Positions 1 to 13,043 of a stretch of DNA of 64,000 nucleotides are shown in pieces. The first letter of the stretch is position 1, and every line of letters starts with the position of its first letter. The notes under the pieces are model-generated. The model was not told the DNA's origin. It was given only the letters and a program-made list of their open reading frames with translations, and searched no databases. Source of the DNA: Octopus vulgaris (taxonomy: Eukaryota); the NCBI GenBank assembly GCA_951406725.2, contig OX597816.1, positions 117,242,001 to 117,306,000 on the forward strand. Reading direction: 5' to 3'. A program made the position numbers and the translations under genes.

Positions 1-2579
1 TAAAAGCATTTTTCTATATTGGAAATGACATGATACAAAACCAAGTCTGTATAACCATATGGTTCGACTGAAATATAATTAGGGTAGCATATCCATGCAT
101 GGACATAGAGATACATATACTCTCATATTTACTCATATATATATGCACATGAGTCAGCAAGAAAGCATATACACAGCAGCCAAGTCTCCCTCAAAACATA
201 CCCTACCATCTTAGAGAAAAGAAGACACATTGGATAACAGAGTTCTGAGATGCACTATACCTGAACAAAAAAAACAAGAGGGTACAATAGGAATGCTTTT
301 GAACATAAGGTTGCTTGATTATGGCCATCTTGGGGCTAAACAGCAGCATACATAATATCACAGTGTCTGTTACTGCAGATATCACCACAGCTATAAATCA
401 CAACAATGAAGATTCAGAGAAACCACTTGTTAATTAGATATTGCAATCAGTACTATAACCATCAGCTGGTCTATATTTTGATTATGTAGTGCAAATAAAA
501 AGAGAGAAAAATAGGAAGAAAATAAGGAAGAAAGATAAAGAGTGCAAGGTAGTAGTAGAATTCAGTGCTAGCTTAAATGCAATATTCTCTATTGGAAATG
601 ACATGATATACGAAACCAAGTCCATTAAGCATGAAAGGTTGACATTTTCTTAGCCATTATAACACTTAATGTATGCACACACATACGTATGTGTGTGCTT
701 ACACACCAAAATATATACTCATGCATATTAATGCCTTCAATAGTTCCTTTTTTAAATCATGGGTGTTTATGAGGCAAGCTCTTTGATCCAAATTTTGTGT
801 TAAGCAGATGTGAGGTGCATTTCCTTTCTGTATCTATCTGATATATTTTTTCAAAAATGTCTGACTCTAATTCTCAATTTAGGCAGGTAACATTTATATA
901 AAGAAATACAGCAGAATTTGGTAAAAAAAAAAGACTAGTTGGCACTTCTCACTTTAGATGTCTTTTTATTTTCCATTATCAAAATTTAATAAATAGAACA
1001 TACAAGGTGTAACTACTTTTAAATGAAGACTTGTTGAAGATTTAATAGATATTATTGTCTCATTGCATGGTGGCAGTACAAATAATAAAAAAAAAACATC
1101 AATATTGGTACGCAAGTGATGGTATACAGAGGAGACTAATGTGAGATTAAGCTGAGATAAACCATCTGAGTTGTCAGACTATACTTCATTTCGTGGCACA
1201 TAAACCACTCTGGTATCTTTCTTAATGATCACGAATCTATAATATAGCCAAGATTGCATCATAATGTCTAGGATTTCAAACTGCACAGGTCTGAAAAGCT
1301 ACTAACCCTATACAAGACAAACTTGTGCCTCACACAAAATGTATCTGGTATGGATGAGCTACTTACAGCACACAAACATTCAAGATCACATTTCAAAACA
1401 ATGCTATTATCAGATACACAACAATGACTTGTACACTACCACACTCCTCAAACTATGTACCAAGCCTATACATGTTTCTCTAATTCAACTCATTTTTCCT
1501 ACCTGTTGTCTCTACTATATCTCACCCTCAATCTTCTATTAGACATTTCACCCAAGCTTATTTTGTAATCCTCAAAATTCATTTTCAGACAACTTAAAGA
1601 TATCAATGTGTAGAAATTCAAACTGAACACCAACTAGACTAACAAAGCCACTGTGTGGTTGCTTGACCTAGTAGAAATAGCTATCAAATCTCTCTCGTTA
1701 TTATTGCTAATCTGTCTCTTGTGAGCAGAATGAAAAGTCACCATCACCTCCAAACTGTTTGCTTTTACTGGAACAAAGCTAGATGGAACTCCAAATTGGC
1801 TGGCATTTTATGATTCTAAAGATGTCAATACTATCCTTCAGAATGTTCTTAATTCAATCTCAGTCACATGCAAAGCATCAGTACTGTGTAAGCATGTTAG
1901 AAACTCTAAAAGTGTAATATGAGAGGCTGTTGCCATCCACCTTGCTATGAAAGGATGAGAGATGCTGAATATAAATTCAAGTTACACAGAACAGAGAATA
2001 ATAGAAGGCACAACAGTGTGTCCAACCATATCAAGCAGATGACTAAAAAGGCAATACTTAAATTTTAACAATGCATAGCAACCAACCCAAATAGTAAAGT
2101 GTTCTAGAAATGTGTCTGTTCAAAGCACAGAACTCACATTTCACTCAGTTCTCTTTGCAATCTTCACAAGTTTTAGATTATTAATGATCCCAGAGTTTGC
2201 AGAACTACTGTCAAATGCTATGCTGGTGGTTTTACTGTTGAAAATTTAGATACATCTTCACCATTACTGACACCAAATTCTATAACATCAGTTTAATTTA
2301 CCCTGCAATGCTGTGGTGCTACCTGAAGTACATGCACAATCAATTGTGCCTCCTCTGGCCTTGATGGTGTTACTTATCTGCTTCTCAGGTATGATGAGCT
2401 CTTTTTACAGCAACAGTTTTCACTACTTTCTTGATTCTGCCCTAACAACTGCATTACCTCAGAACAGTGAAAAATTGTCAGTGTTATTCCAACACAAGGG
2501 GCAACAACATATCACCTGTCAATTACTGTCCAGTTGGTCTTACTAGCTGTATCACCAAATTGATGGAGTCCTGCATAAG

Positions 2580-4020
2580 AGAGACACTCTAGAACTCTCA
2601 TAATTTTATTCAACCCTTCCAATTTGGATTTATCCTTAATTCCAGCTGCCATGACCAACTAATCAAATCTCTTGAATTCATCACCTAAATCATAGATTAC
2701 AGCTCATATGAGGATGTTAACTTTCTTGACTTCACCAAAGCCTTCCAATCTAGATCACACAAATAACTTATGGTGAAGCTCTCAGCAATGGACATGAAGG
2801 CTAATCTTTCTGACTGATTTAAGTCCTTCATTATTAATCAAAAAGAAATATTAAGTGCAACAGCAACATTCTGAATCTTATGTAATGACATCTTGTACCC
2901 TGCAGGGATCTGTTCTTGGTTCCCAGTTATTTGTTGCATACTTTAATGAAATAGCTGCCAATGTGAAGAATGTTATTGTATTAGAATATGCAGATGACAT
3001 CAAGTTGTATCATAAGATAAAAAGATCAGATCCTATGAAATATAGCTTATTTCTACAATTTGACTTAGACACAAGACAGTAATGGATTACTTACTGAGAA
3101 CTCAAGTTGTCTATATATTCATATATTTTGAGTGAAAAAACTCAGAATTTGACAACTCTCTCTACAACAATTTTAAAATGTATGCTGGAGAATGATATGG
3201 GCATTCATCATCATCATCATCATTTAACGTCCACTTTCCATGCTAGCATGGGTTGGACAGTTTGACTGAGGACTGGCGAGCCAGATAGCTGCACCAGGCT
3301 CCAATCTGATCAGGCAGAGTTTCTACAGCTGGATGCCCTTCCTAACGCCAACCACTCCGAGAGTGTAGTGGGTACTTTTACGTGCCACCGGTATGAGGGC
3401 CAGTAAGGCAGTATTGGCAACAACCTCACTCAAATGTTGTTTTTTATGTGCCACCAATAAGGCGATACTGGTAATGATCATACTGGTGACACTGGTAACA
3501 ATCACGCTGCCAATGCTAGTAATGATCATGCTCGAATGGTGCTTTTTATGTGCCATTGGCACGGGAGCCAGTCAGCAGCCCTGGCAACATTCATGCTCGG
3601 ATGGTGCTTTAATGTTCCACTGGCACAGGTGCCAGCTAGGAGTGCTGTCATTAGCCACATCAGCGAATTTGATTTTGATTGTGATTTCACTTACCTCAAC
3701 AGGTCTTCGCAAGCAAAGTTTAGTGTCCAATGAAAGAAAGGTACACATAAGTAGGCTGGTTTCACACTGGCATAGGCCACGGGTTATTGTTAATAATATC
3801 TGCTTATAATGATATAGGCATTATTGTTAACAATTATCTGTGTTAGACAAACCATATTTCTAATGTTGTCAAAAAGTCTGAAGGTGTCCTAGCATCACTC
3901 AGTGAGACCTTTGTCAGTCACTCAACAGCTCTCTATTTAAAGATATAAGCAACTATGGTACATCCACGCTTACAGTTTGCATCTCCAGTCTGGAACCCCC
4001 ATCTTGTCCAGAGTATCGAC
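2580..4020 (+). mobile_element. Decayed CR1/Jockey-type LINE reverse transcriptase fragment, split by a SINE
   Basis: Motifs QFGF, DFTKAF, LQGSVLGSQLF and YADDIKLY (ORF 2855-3082). Continues after the SINE with DIGIIV and ASPVWNPHL. Many stops. Confidence 0.75.
3206..3807 (-). mobile_element. SINE with RTE-like tail and (CAT)n end, 15-bp TSD
   Basis: Similar to copies at 6470, 44668 and 47377. Flanked by aatgatatgggcatt (3191-3205) and aatgatataggcatt (3808-3822). Confidence 0.7.
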
Positions 4021-5579
4021 TGACTGCAGTCCTGGGCAAATTGTAGCCTGTTTGGCATTCTGAATGTCACATCTAATTTCATGAAGGAAATGATGTTTAT
4101 TAAAAATGTGCTTCTTTCATTTTGTTTTCACTTGTTCACTCATTCTCTCATTCAAAGCAGTTTGGAGAAGTTTGAGTTGAAAAGGAATAACCATTAAATA
4201 TCTGGCTAACTTAACTTACATGTTAATGCTCGTTGCATTGTGGGTACACCAGTCAGAAAAATAAAAATGTCCATTATCACCAGTCATCCATTTAATTTTC
4301 AACATGTCTCAGAGTCAATTTGCAACCTTCCAATTTCCAAGCACTTTAAATTGGCATCTCTACTCAGAGAAGTACATCAATGAATAAAATCTATTGATAT
4401 AACATTCAATTTCTGCTTTCACACTTCCAATAATTCAGCAACTCTAACAAGACGTGTTGTCAGGTAGAATTAACAAAACCTTACTGGAGAGGAAACATTT
4501 TTTGATGCTGGAGAGGAAACATTTTTTTTTTTTCATTTTTTTGTATAGCTAAATGAGTAAATTAGAAACAAGTCTTACTACATTTTATGTACATTTTTAT
4601 ATCAACATTATCTTTCAATTTAACAGTGATCAATGAAATGATCTGATTGATAAATTTGCACCTATGAAAAAATATAGTCATAGTAAAATCTTGATGCATG
4701 GATTATGAAAATATTCAATATTTTCCTTCAATATATGGATCAGACAGAAATTCATATTTAAAACATTGATTTTTCAAATGTTCATATTTTTCTTTTATTT
4801 ATTCCATAATGTATCATAGCAGCAGCATATGTTAATCACACTGTCACTGGTGATAACATATCAAGGCTTTAATGTTTTTAAATATAGAAAAATATCTTTT
4901 TGGCAAAAAGAAAAATAAATCAACTTTTCCCCATTTCTAAGCCATATGCATATGGTCTTCTGTAGCAAAAATGGCTGAAGTACCTTCAACAAAAATATTA
5001 CCTTGAATTTTTTAGTAGTGTAGCCTACCTTATGATGCACCGAATCTCATGCAGTCCTCTACTCAAAATAGGATGCTCATGCCCGATCCATTGGAAGCTG
5101 TCCTGAAACTTGCAGCCAGACAAATATCCTCCTTCAGCCATTACCATATCTTGAAAGCCCTGCTTTTTTGGACATTGACATAATAAAGTTTCCTCATCAA
5201 GCAGCTGATTTAGTAGAAGGCCACAAGATTAGCCACCATCCTTCCAACAACTTTGGCTGCCTTTTTGAATTCAGTACCTCTACCATTTGCGGACATGCTT
5301 ATAAAATAAAATAATAATGAAAAAACTTCCATGGTTGAAGTATGGAAGGACATTGCATCTTCCAAAATTTTCATGCTTTCTGAAATTTGCCAACTTTTCT
5401 CCTGATGCATCTATGCACCCTTGTCTCTCTATAGCTCTTTTACTGTTCCCTTTTCTGTCTTTTTTGTGTTTATTTTGTGTATTGTGCTAGTACTTTTGGC
5501 TGTCATTACTGACCATCTTCATTTGTATGACTTATTCCTACTTTCTGTCCCTTCTTTTACCATTCTCCACCATGTTGTA

Positions 5580-5960
5580 GTGCACCTGAGCACTCTAGTG
5601 AGACGTGGGCCCTGAATGCAGAAGACATGCATAGGTTAGAGAGGAATGAAGCTAGTCTGCTCCATTGGATGTGCAGGTTCAGTGTGCATGTACAACTAAG
5701 TGCAAATGTGCTGAGAGAAAAGTTGGGCATAAGAGGAATCAAATGTAACATGGAAGCGAGAAGACTACATTGGTTTGGACATGTGATGCATATGAATGAA
5801 GATAGCTGTATAAAGAAGTGCTAATCACTTAAAGTGGATGGCACTCATGGAAGGGGGAGACCCATGAGGAAATGGGATGAAGTAGTGAGGATTGATCTCA
5901 GGATGTTGGGCCTCATGGAGGAGATGACAATGGACTGAGATGTCTGGCAATATGAAGTTC
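5580..5960 (+). mobile_element. RTE-clade LINE 3' fragment
   Basis: Translates to RRLHWFGHVMHMNEDSCIKKC...GRGRP..W, a typical RTE C-terminus. Confidence 0.75.
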
Positions 5961-6469
5961 TTGAGAAAATCTGCTTACTTCAGTGAAACTGAGTTCTGGA
6001 AGTGCTGTGTGTTCTACACACATGTAACAATAAAAAAAAATTTCACATATCCTACCCTAATAAACCAAACTACATTTCCTCTTCTCTTCCTCACATTTCC
6101 TCTTTTTCATGCACTATGCTTATGTTTATCTCTCACTCTCCAATCCTGTCCTCACTACCCTGCCCACTGTATCATTGCTTTCCTGTGGTCTTCTACCTCT
6201 TCTATATACCCACTCTTTTCCATTCTTTCCTCTCTTGCATTCTCACACTTTCACTCTCTCTCTCTCTTTTTCTCTATCTATCTATCTATCTATCTATCTC
6301 ATTCTTGACCACGTCTTTTCCTTGCTCTCTCTCCCTTTAGGTAACCATGTATCTCAGCCACAGCATGACTCCTGTTTTTGTCCCTCTGTCACACTTTAAC
6401 CTCTCGTCACCTGGCACAAGGCCACCTCTTTCAATACCCCAACTCTCAAAGAATCTTTGTTTTGTGAAT

Positions 6470-6690
6470 TACTTGGTGACCCCACCAGTGCTGGTGCTAC
6501 ATAAAAAGTACCTAGGTCACTCTGTAAAGTGGCTGGTATAAGGAAAGGTATCCAGCCATAAAATCTGTGCCAAAACATACAATGAAGCCTAGTGCAGTCT
6601 TCTGGCTAGCCAGCTCCTGTCAAACCATCCGACTCATGCCAGCATGGAAAACAGATGTTTAATTGTTGTTGTTGTTGTTGTTGACTGAAT
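6470..6690 (+). mobile_element. SINE 3' part (RTE-like tail) ending in (GTT)n
   Basis: Similar to 44668-44890 (aggaaaggtatccagcc...catgccagcatggaaaacagatgtt). Confidence 0.6.
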
Positions 6691-7029
6691 GTTATCTTTC
6701 TTGCTTTCTTCTTCTTCCTTTTCTTCTTTTTCTTTGTTACCAGTTATGAAAAAGCAAAAACTGATGATGTCACTTTGTCTAAAAAGGAATGCAAGATATC
6801 CCTGTTCATATTTTGAATTTCTACATTTCTGTGTATTTTCAGTTTTCGTTTTGAACCCAAGGAAGACACATATTGCTGAAATATTGTTCAGTTCAATAAA
6901 CAGATTCAATCACCATTTATTACAAATCATATCACACTCTTCTTATTACTTATTATAATTGTCATTATTATTATTGAAGATGTCACATATATCTAGTATT
7001 GTGATGTTGTTGATTGAAGATATTGTGTG

Positions 7030-7372
7030 TACTAAAGATTTCTACTTTCTGTCAAGTCACAACAAGGAACTCAGACAGACAGTACTTTACTCAGTATGCA
7101 TGCAGTTCCAAGTAAAGCCGATTTTCACAATACACCAAGGTTGTAGAGTATTTCTAAAGTGTCAAGATGTTTCTTCGGGTTGGTAGGGTATTGAACCCAA
7201 TGCTCTGATAACAACAGGAACAATCTTTGTTTGACTCTCACAGCTGCCACATTTTGGCAATCCCAGTTTTCAGGTCTCTATATTTGTTGACCTCTTCTCT
7301 TTCATGATAATATGTTGATCTCTTGGCACTACCATGTCAATTATTAGGCACTTTTGCTTGTCCCTCCTAAAG
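7030..7372 (-). mobile_element. R4/Dong-like non-LTR retrotransposon fragment (restriction-like endonuclease region)
   Basis: Degenerate paralogue of 8545-8830 (CLIIDMVVP...KIVPVVIRALGSIP). Confidence 0.6.
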
Positions 7373-7572
7373 GTATGGCACGTCGGACAAAATGCTTAGC
7401 GGTATTTCACCTGTCGCTATGTTCTGGGTTCAAATTCCGCCAAGGTCGACATTACCTTTCATCCTTTTGGGGTCACTAAAATAAGTACCAGTTGAACACT
7501 GAGATCAATGTAATCGACTAATCCCCTCCCCCAAAATTGCTGCCCTTGTAGCAAAATTTAAAAACCATTATT
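7373..7572 (+). mobile_element. tRNA-derived SINE with Nin-type core, (ATT)n tail
   Basis: Box B-like ggttcaaattcc and core cctttcatccttttggggtc..aaataagtacc. Related copies at 10095-10250 (+) and 24905-25032 (-). Confidence 0.65.
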
Positions 7573-7592
7573 ATTATTATTATTATTATTAT

Positions 7593-8147
7593 TGAGTGAG
7601 AGAGCAGTTCATGCCATCAAAGTGACACTGGGATACAATATACGAAGCCCAATATACCCATCATGACTACCCGTCCGATAAGGGTACACCAGGCACATGC
7701 ATCACAACCATATGTGCGCGACATGGTGATCTCATATCAAGATAAACAGCGCATGACCTTGCAGGCGGGGCCCAGTTAGAATTTTCTTCAGGTTGAGTAG
7801 CCCATCCCGCTCAAACGGTCCCTGAATAAGGGTCGTTTAAAGATGTTGAAAGAACCACCCATGTTTCCAGAGGTGAATTATTCAAACCCCAAAGAATCCC
7901 TCTCAACACATGGCTATGATGCTCCCCCACTACTTCTGCTCATGATCAGAGATGCACATATCGTCAGCCACTAAGGGACATGCTCAACTGGTTAAGGTCA
8001 AACAACTGACAAGCAAATCTGTGGTATTGAGCAGAATATTTGCTGTAGCCCATCTTTTATACCAAGGCAAAACAATGTACATGATAACACTTCCAATCAG
8101 TTAAGATCAGAAGCCATGAGAGCCACTGCCTGGTACTGCATCAGGGC

Positions 8148-8150
<3 letters not shown>
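7593..8150. repeat. ~560-bp non-coding interspersed element embedded in an (ATT)n microsatellite
   Basis: Higher-GC block sharply bounded by (ATT)n on both sides. No ORF. Confidence 0.45.
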
Positions 8151-8183
<33 letters not shown>

Positions 8184-8544
8184 CGTGTTGTTGCTTTGTT
8201 TTATATGAACCATTCCAAGGTTCACCCAAAGACTTCAAGTAAGAGCCAGTGGGATGGTTTACTATGGGTGTTAGCTATGATTGACAGTGATATATTATTG
8301 GAACTACATGTTAAGAACTAAGATTCTGTTAAATTTATAATATTTTGACTTTGAAAGAATTTTAAGAGAATCAGGTATTTTCAGGTTGACAGTTATTTTC
8401 TTAGAATGTGAACAATACTCATGAGAACAATTTTTTGTGGTTCTGAGGGTTGATAAAATAAGAATTACTCAGACACTGGAGTCAATGTAATAGAATATCC
8501 CCTACTCCTAAATTTCAGGCTTTGTGCCTATAGTAGAAAAAGCC

Positions 8545-9050
8545 AGTTTTTGCAATACACCTAGATTGTAGGATACTTCTAAAGTTTCCAGATATTTCTT
8601 CAGGTTGGGTAGTATTGAAACCAATGCTTCAATGACAACAGGGACAACCTTTGTGTTTGACTCTTGCAGAAGCCACATCTTGGTTATCTTAATTTTCAGG
8701 TTTCCATATTTATCAATCTTTTCTCTTTCTTTCATGATAGTATGTTGATCTCCTGGTACTGCCATGTCAATTATTAGGCATTCTTGTTTGTCCCTCCGAA
8801 AGGTTACTATATCCAGCTCTAACACCTTGTCTGTTTGGAAGTCAAAGTCTCAGTGGAATTTTGCCTTTCTCTTTCTGACCATTACCTTTTCTGGTGTATG
8901 TTGGTACCAAACACCCATTACCTCATGTTGCATAGTAGCCAGTGAAGGTTTTGGGCAACCTTGTCATGTCTTCACTTGTACTCTTTCTATGCAATACTTT
9001 CACAAGCACTAACAATGTGAGTCATGCTTTCGACCCTCTTCCCACACATT
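8545..9050 (-). mobile_element. R4/Dong-like non-LTR retrotransposon C-terminal fragment (zinc finger + PD-(D/E)xK endonuclease)
   Basis: ORF 8508-8825 reads DIVTFRRDKQECLIIDMAVPGD...KEREKIDKY...KVVPVVIEAL. Upstream remnants WYQHTPEKV and CRMCGK. Confidence 0.7.
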
Positions 9051-9599
9051 CTGCAGTTATATCTTCCGTTGTTATATATACGCTGGTCCTGTTGTGGAGA
9101 CTCCAGGCAATGGAATTTCAATCTCACAGAATGAGTTCATTCAGCATCATGGTTGTGGGAAACATCTTGCTCCAGATGGTATTCCAAAATTGGCAGGTTT
9201 CTTCTGCTTCAGGAGGAATGTTATCCTTTGTATCTCTGCCTAAGCTCTTAAAAAACTGCCTCTCATTATTTGAAAATAACCTGTTTTGCTGGAACTGTCA
9301 TATGTGATCAGTGTAGCATAGCATAATGTTTTTGCCCGCACACATTGTTTTAAGGTTTCGATAACAGATTTGAACCCTTTCTTTTTTATTTGGTATTTTG
9401 TATCAAGATATGCCCTGTTGAATCAAGATATGTCTAGCAAGGTTTGTTCATGGCACTTTATTGCCTTTTTGTTCAAATCAACAGACCACTTGCATTTGCA
9501 AGCACGTTCCATATTTTGATCAGAACGTTGGAGAGGAATGAGTTTCTGTCCTCATTCCTTTCAGTCTTGTTCACCAGACAACCTCTTTCACCACAGCCA

Positions 9600-10092
9600 C
9601 CAGGTAAATGAAAACTGCCTTGCCTGCCTGATTTTTTTCAAGTTTCACTAACTTTTTCAAGTTTCACTTGAAAAGGAAAGTGAGGAAGGAGAGGGAGATG
9701 CTGTCCTTGAGTGAATTTACGAAAAGGTGGGTGAAAGTTGTGAAAATAGCAAGAGTGGATGGTATCACTCTCAGTGTAGACCTGTGAGTTGGAAGAAAGG
9801 AGTTGGAGAGGGCTCTCGTCATTGGTATTCAGGGTGATCTTGGATGGTGGGGGTTCCTTGATTATCCCTAGAGGTCCTCCTGTATCAAGGGAACCCCATT
9901 TCTATTATTTTTTCTTCCTTCTTTTTCTAGAGTTGTATACTATGTATACTTCCCTTCTTCTAATGTATAGAATGTATGCTTTTTATTTTATCATTCCATT
10001 ATATGTAAACCACCAGACTTTATGTCTGTGTTTGTATTGTCCCCTCAATTTTTGCCCTGATGGCAAATAAAAGAAATTATTATTATTATTAT
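9600..10092 (+). mobile_element. 5'-truncated Tx1/L1-type element 3' end (older relative of the 12815-21749 family)
   Basis: FFKFHLKRKVRKERE...FTKRWVKV aligns with FIFHLKRKIGLER...YEERWKDV of ORF2. The 3' UTR shares tgtattgtccc, a small hairpin and AATAAA, followed by (ATT)n. Confidence 0.65.
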
Positions 10093-11129
10093 TTCAGTTC
10101 TACAAACTCCACTGAGTTTGACTTTGCCTTTCATCCTTTCAGGGTCGATAAAATAAGTACTAGTTAAGCACTGGAGTCATAATCGACTGTACCCCTCCCC
10201 ACAAGTTCCAAGCTGTGTGCCTATAGTAGAAAGGATTATTATTACTATTATTATTCTTTCTTTTTTTTTTAATTTGCACCATACTACAATATCTGAAGGA
10301 AAAATGGAAAACGATGGATGGTTATGTCTGAAATGTATTTGATCATAAATCCTCTTGATCAGAACTGGTCTGGAACTAAAAAAACAGAAGGATGTCTGAA
10401 AAGAAGATTTAAAAACTATAGGTCCTGCCCACTCTTGTGACTAAAATATAATTAAAAAAACGTTTATTTATTTTATTATTTACTATCACTAACATAAGGT
10501 GTCCGAAGTGTCGTGTTTTGAGGCATAGCGTAATGCTTCTACACCACTGGAATTGGACCAGAAATTTGATATATTTTCCTTCAGATTTTTCGTCTGTATA
10601 AATTCATATGATTTAAACCAGTAATTCCTTAGTTTATCTGTGGCAGAACTCTTATGCAATTTTTCAACAAACTGTGGGCCCTTCACTTCTCGTCACCCTA
10701 ATTTTGATAATGCTTTAAATGAAGCGAAGAAAATTAAGTCGCGTAAAAAAAAAGAAGCATATAATAAGTTATTATTATGAAAATGATATAATTTCTACAA
10801 AATAAATTTCTATTAGATTTTATTAAAAGTGATTATCTCGCTTTTAATAAACACGTACTAAAAAATAGCGAAGACAAATTTAAATTCAAGGGGGAATAAC
10901 TAAAGTATTTACAAAATAGAGTTGTTTTTCATTGTCACAAATCTTGAGATCCCCATTGGTAGAAAGAAGAACCTTTTAAAATTTCATTTATGTTTTATTG
11001 ACTATCGCAGTCCGTAGGATATTTCTTCATTATAATAATTTTAAATTATATATTACGCATTTTATTGTGGTTTGTTATGCGAGTGATCTGCCGATCTGGG
11101 CAAAAAAAGGTTGATGAACAGCTGATATA

Positions 11130-11500
11130 CAGTGCTCAGGTGCACTACAATTCATTGGTAAAAGGTAAATGAGGGACAGGGAGCAGTAGCAAGTCAAGTA
11201 AAGAAAATAACGAAAGCCAAAAGCCAGAAAAAAAAAAAACACTCACACACACACACACACACTCAAAACGACAGAAAAGAGAACAGTAAGTAAAAGTGAA
11301 AAAAATAAAAGAACCATAACGAAGAAAGAGTGCACAGGCATATCAGGAATAGTGTTGGAGAATATCGAGAAGCATGGATTGGTGGTGTTGTTTCGACATT
11401 CAATAAACTCCAAGCATAACAATGACAGTGTAGTTTCCTGTAAACCAAGGCTTCGATTTGTAGTTAGACCGTTCATAAACTCTATCTTGTAAAATCTCTG
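11130..11500 (-). mobile_element. CR1/L2-like LINE 3' end remnant
   Basis: Shares agtgctcaggtgcac.acaa and agtgttgg.gaat.tc...aagcatgga with 56790-57125. Confidence 0.5.
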
Positions 11501-11569
11501 TTCTATACAGTCGTAATGGAATTATTTTCTCTTCATTGTTCAGTGTATAAATACTAACAGCGCTTAAAT

Positions 11570-11911
11570 CAGTTGTTCTCAATCAGGGTCCACGCACTAA
11601 CGTATCTAGAGTGTGTGCTGTCCGGGGTAGCCCTTCCGTTTGCCGCCCCGGACCCCAAAAAAAATAAATAAATAAAAAACATATTGCCTACAGCAGACCC
11701 AAAAGTACCGCCCCTTTGAATGTGCAGCCCGGAGCTGACCACTACTACCACCCTGCCCACCAGCTATGCTAGTGGGTCCACGCAACAAAATAGTAAATTG
11801 GAGATCTACAATAGTATTTTAAGGGTCCATAGATAAAAGGGGACCATAAGAGGTCCATAGATAAAAGAGGACCATAAGAGGTCCATAGATAAAAATGATT
11901 GAGAAACCCTG
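11570..11911. mobile_element. hAT-family MITE (342 bp)
   Basis: TIRs cagttgttctcaatca / tgattgagaaaccctg. 8-bp TSD gcttaaat/gcttaaac. Internal ~29-bp tandem repeats. Confidence 0.8.
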
Positions 11912-11958
11912 GCTTAAACAGATTGGGCACAATATAACGATTGCATCTACTCACCAAG

Positions 11959-12259
11959 TAACCTACCTACCTACCTACCTACCTACCTACCTACCTACCT
12001 ACCTACCTACCTACATACATACATACATACATACATACATACATACATACATACATACATACATACATACATACATACATACATACATACATACATACAT
12101 ACATACATACATACATACATACATACATACATACATACATACATACATACATACATACATACATACATACATACATACATACATACATACATACATACAT
12201 ACATACATACATACATACATACATACATACATACATACATACATACATACATACATACA

Positions 12260-12288
<29 letters not shown>
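11959..12288. repeat. Compound microsatellite (TACC)n(TACA)n
   Basis: Directly visible. Source of the spurious TYIH/MYVC ORFs. Confidence 0.97.
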
Positions 12289-12290
<2 letters not shown>

Positions 12291-12680
12291 TTAAACATCT
12301 AACTTTTTTAATTTAGCACGCTTTGTTTGGGTCGAAAATAATTTGAAACGGAAAAATGGTACTCTCAATGGCTGCTTGTCGCTTGGGTAGTGGAGAAATG
12401 AAGATATATTTTGATGGTTGCGTGGATAATAACTAAAGCAAACTTGTGAACATTCAGGTGAAATATTTATTGTTGAACATAAAGATATTTGGTGTTGGCT
12501 ATTTACAAAGAACAATATTAATAATTGCCGGATGGAAGAGAAACAGACTGTCCTGAAATTATAGAAAGCTATCTGTGTGAGCAACATGAAGTTGGTCCAA
12601 AACATACTAAGTCAACTGTGCAAATATCCATGGCGAAAGAGGTCCGTTGGCAGTTTTGCTTTAAGCTACACGCCAAACGG

Positions 12681-12780
12681 TTTTTATAGGGGACCAGAAG
12701 CCAAAGTCTAGAACGTTCGAGAAAACCATATCACGCCACAGCCTCACGCTGATTGGTCAATTAATAGACCATTCACGTGA
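12681..12780 (-). promoter_or_regulatory. Heat-shock-type Pol II promoter facing left: TATA, HSE, CCAAT, E-box
   Basis: Minus-strand TATAAAAA at 12688-12681. Perfect 3-unit HSE aGAAcgTTCgaGAAa at 12710-12724. gaCCAATcag on minus (attgg 12752-12756). CACGTG near 12774. Confidence 0.6.
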
Positions 12781-13043
12781 ACCTATGGTCGGTAGTTCAC
12801 CTGTGGAGTCAGACGATTTAACATCTGTCTGAAATCAATTTTTTGCGTGTATAGTAAGTTATTATATTGTGTATATTTTCTCCATTGTGATCTACTGTGT
12901 GTCTAGCTGTCTTTCTGTGTTGTTGTACAACTATTGAAGTCGGCCTTCGTGCGAGGGCTTCGTGTTGGTGTTCCCCCCTCCGCGGGGGAAAAACTATCAT
13001 TATCTTGGTTGTGCCAAGGGCTTGCTAAAGCCAGTTATCGGAG

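Noticed and set aside
5940-6958. Several 60-120-aa ORFs
   Set aside because: Low-complexity pyrimidine-rich and SINE sequence with no coding signature.
11820-11895. Short direct repeats resembling a CRISPR array
   Set aside because: No unique spacers. They are subterminal tandem repeats within a hAT MITE in a eukaryote.
11895-12302. ORFs of TYIH/MYVC repeats
   Set aside because: Translations of the (TACA)n microsatellite.
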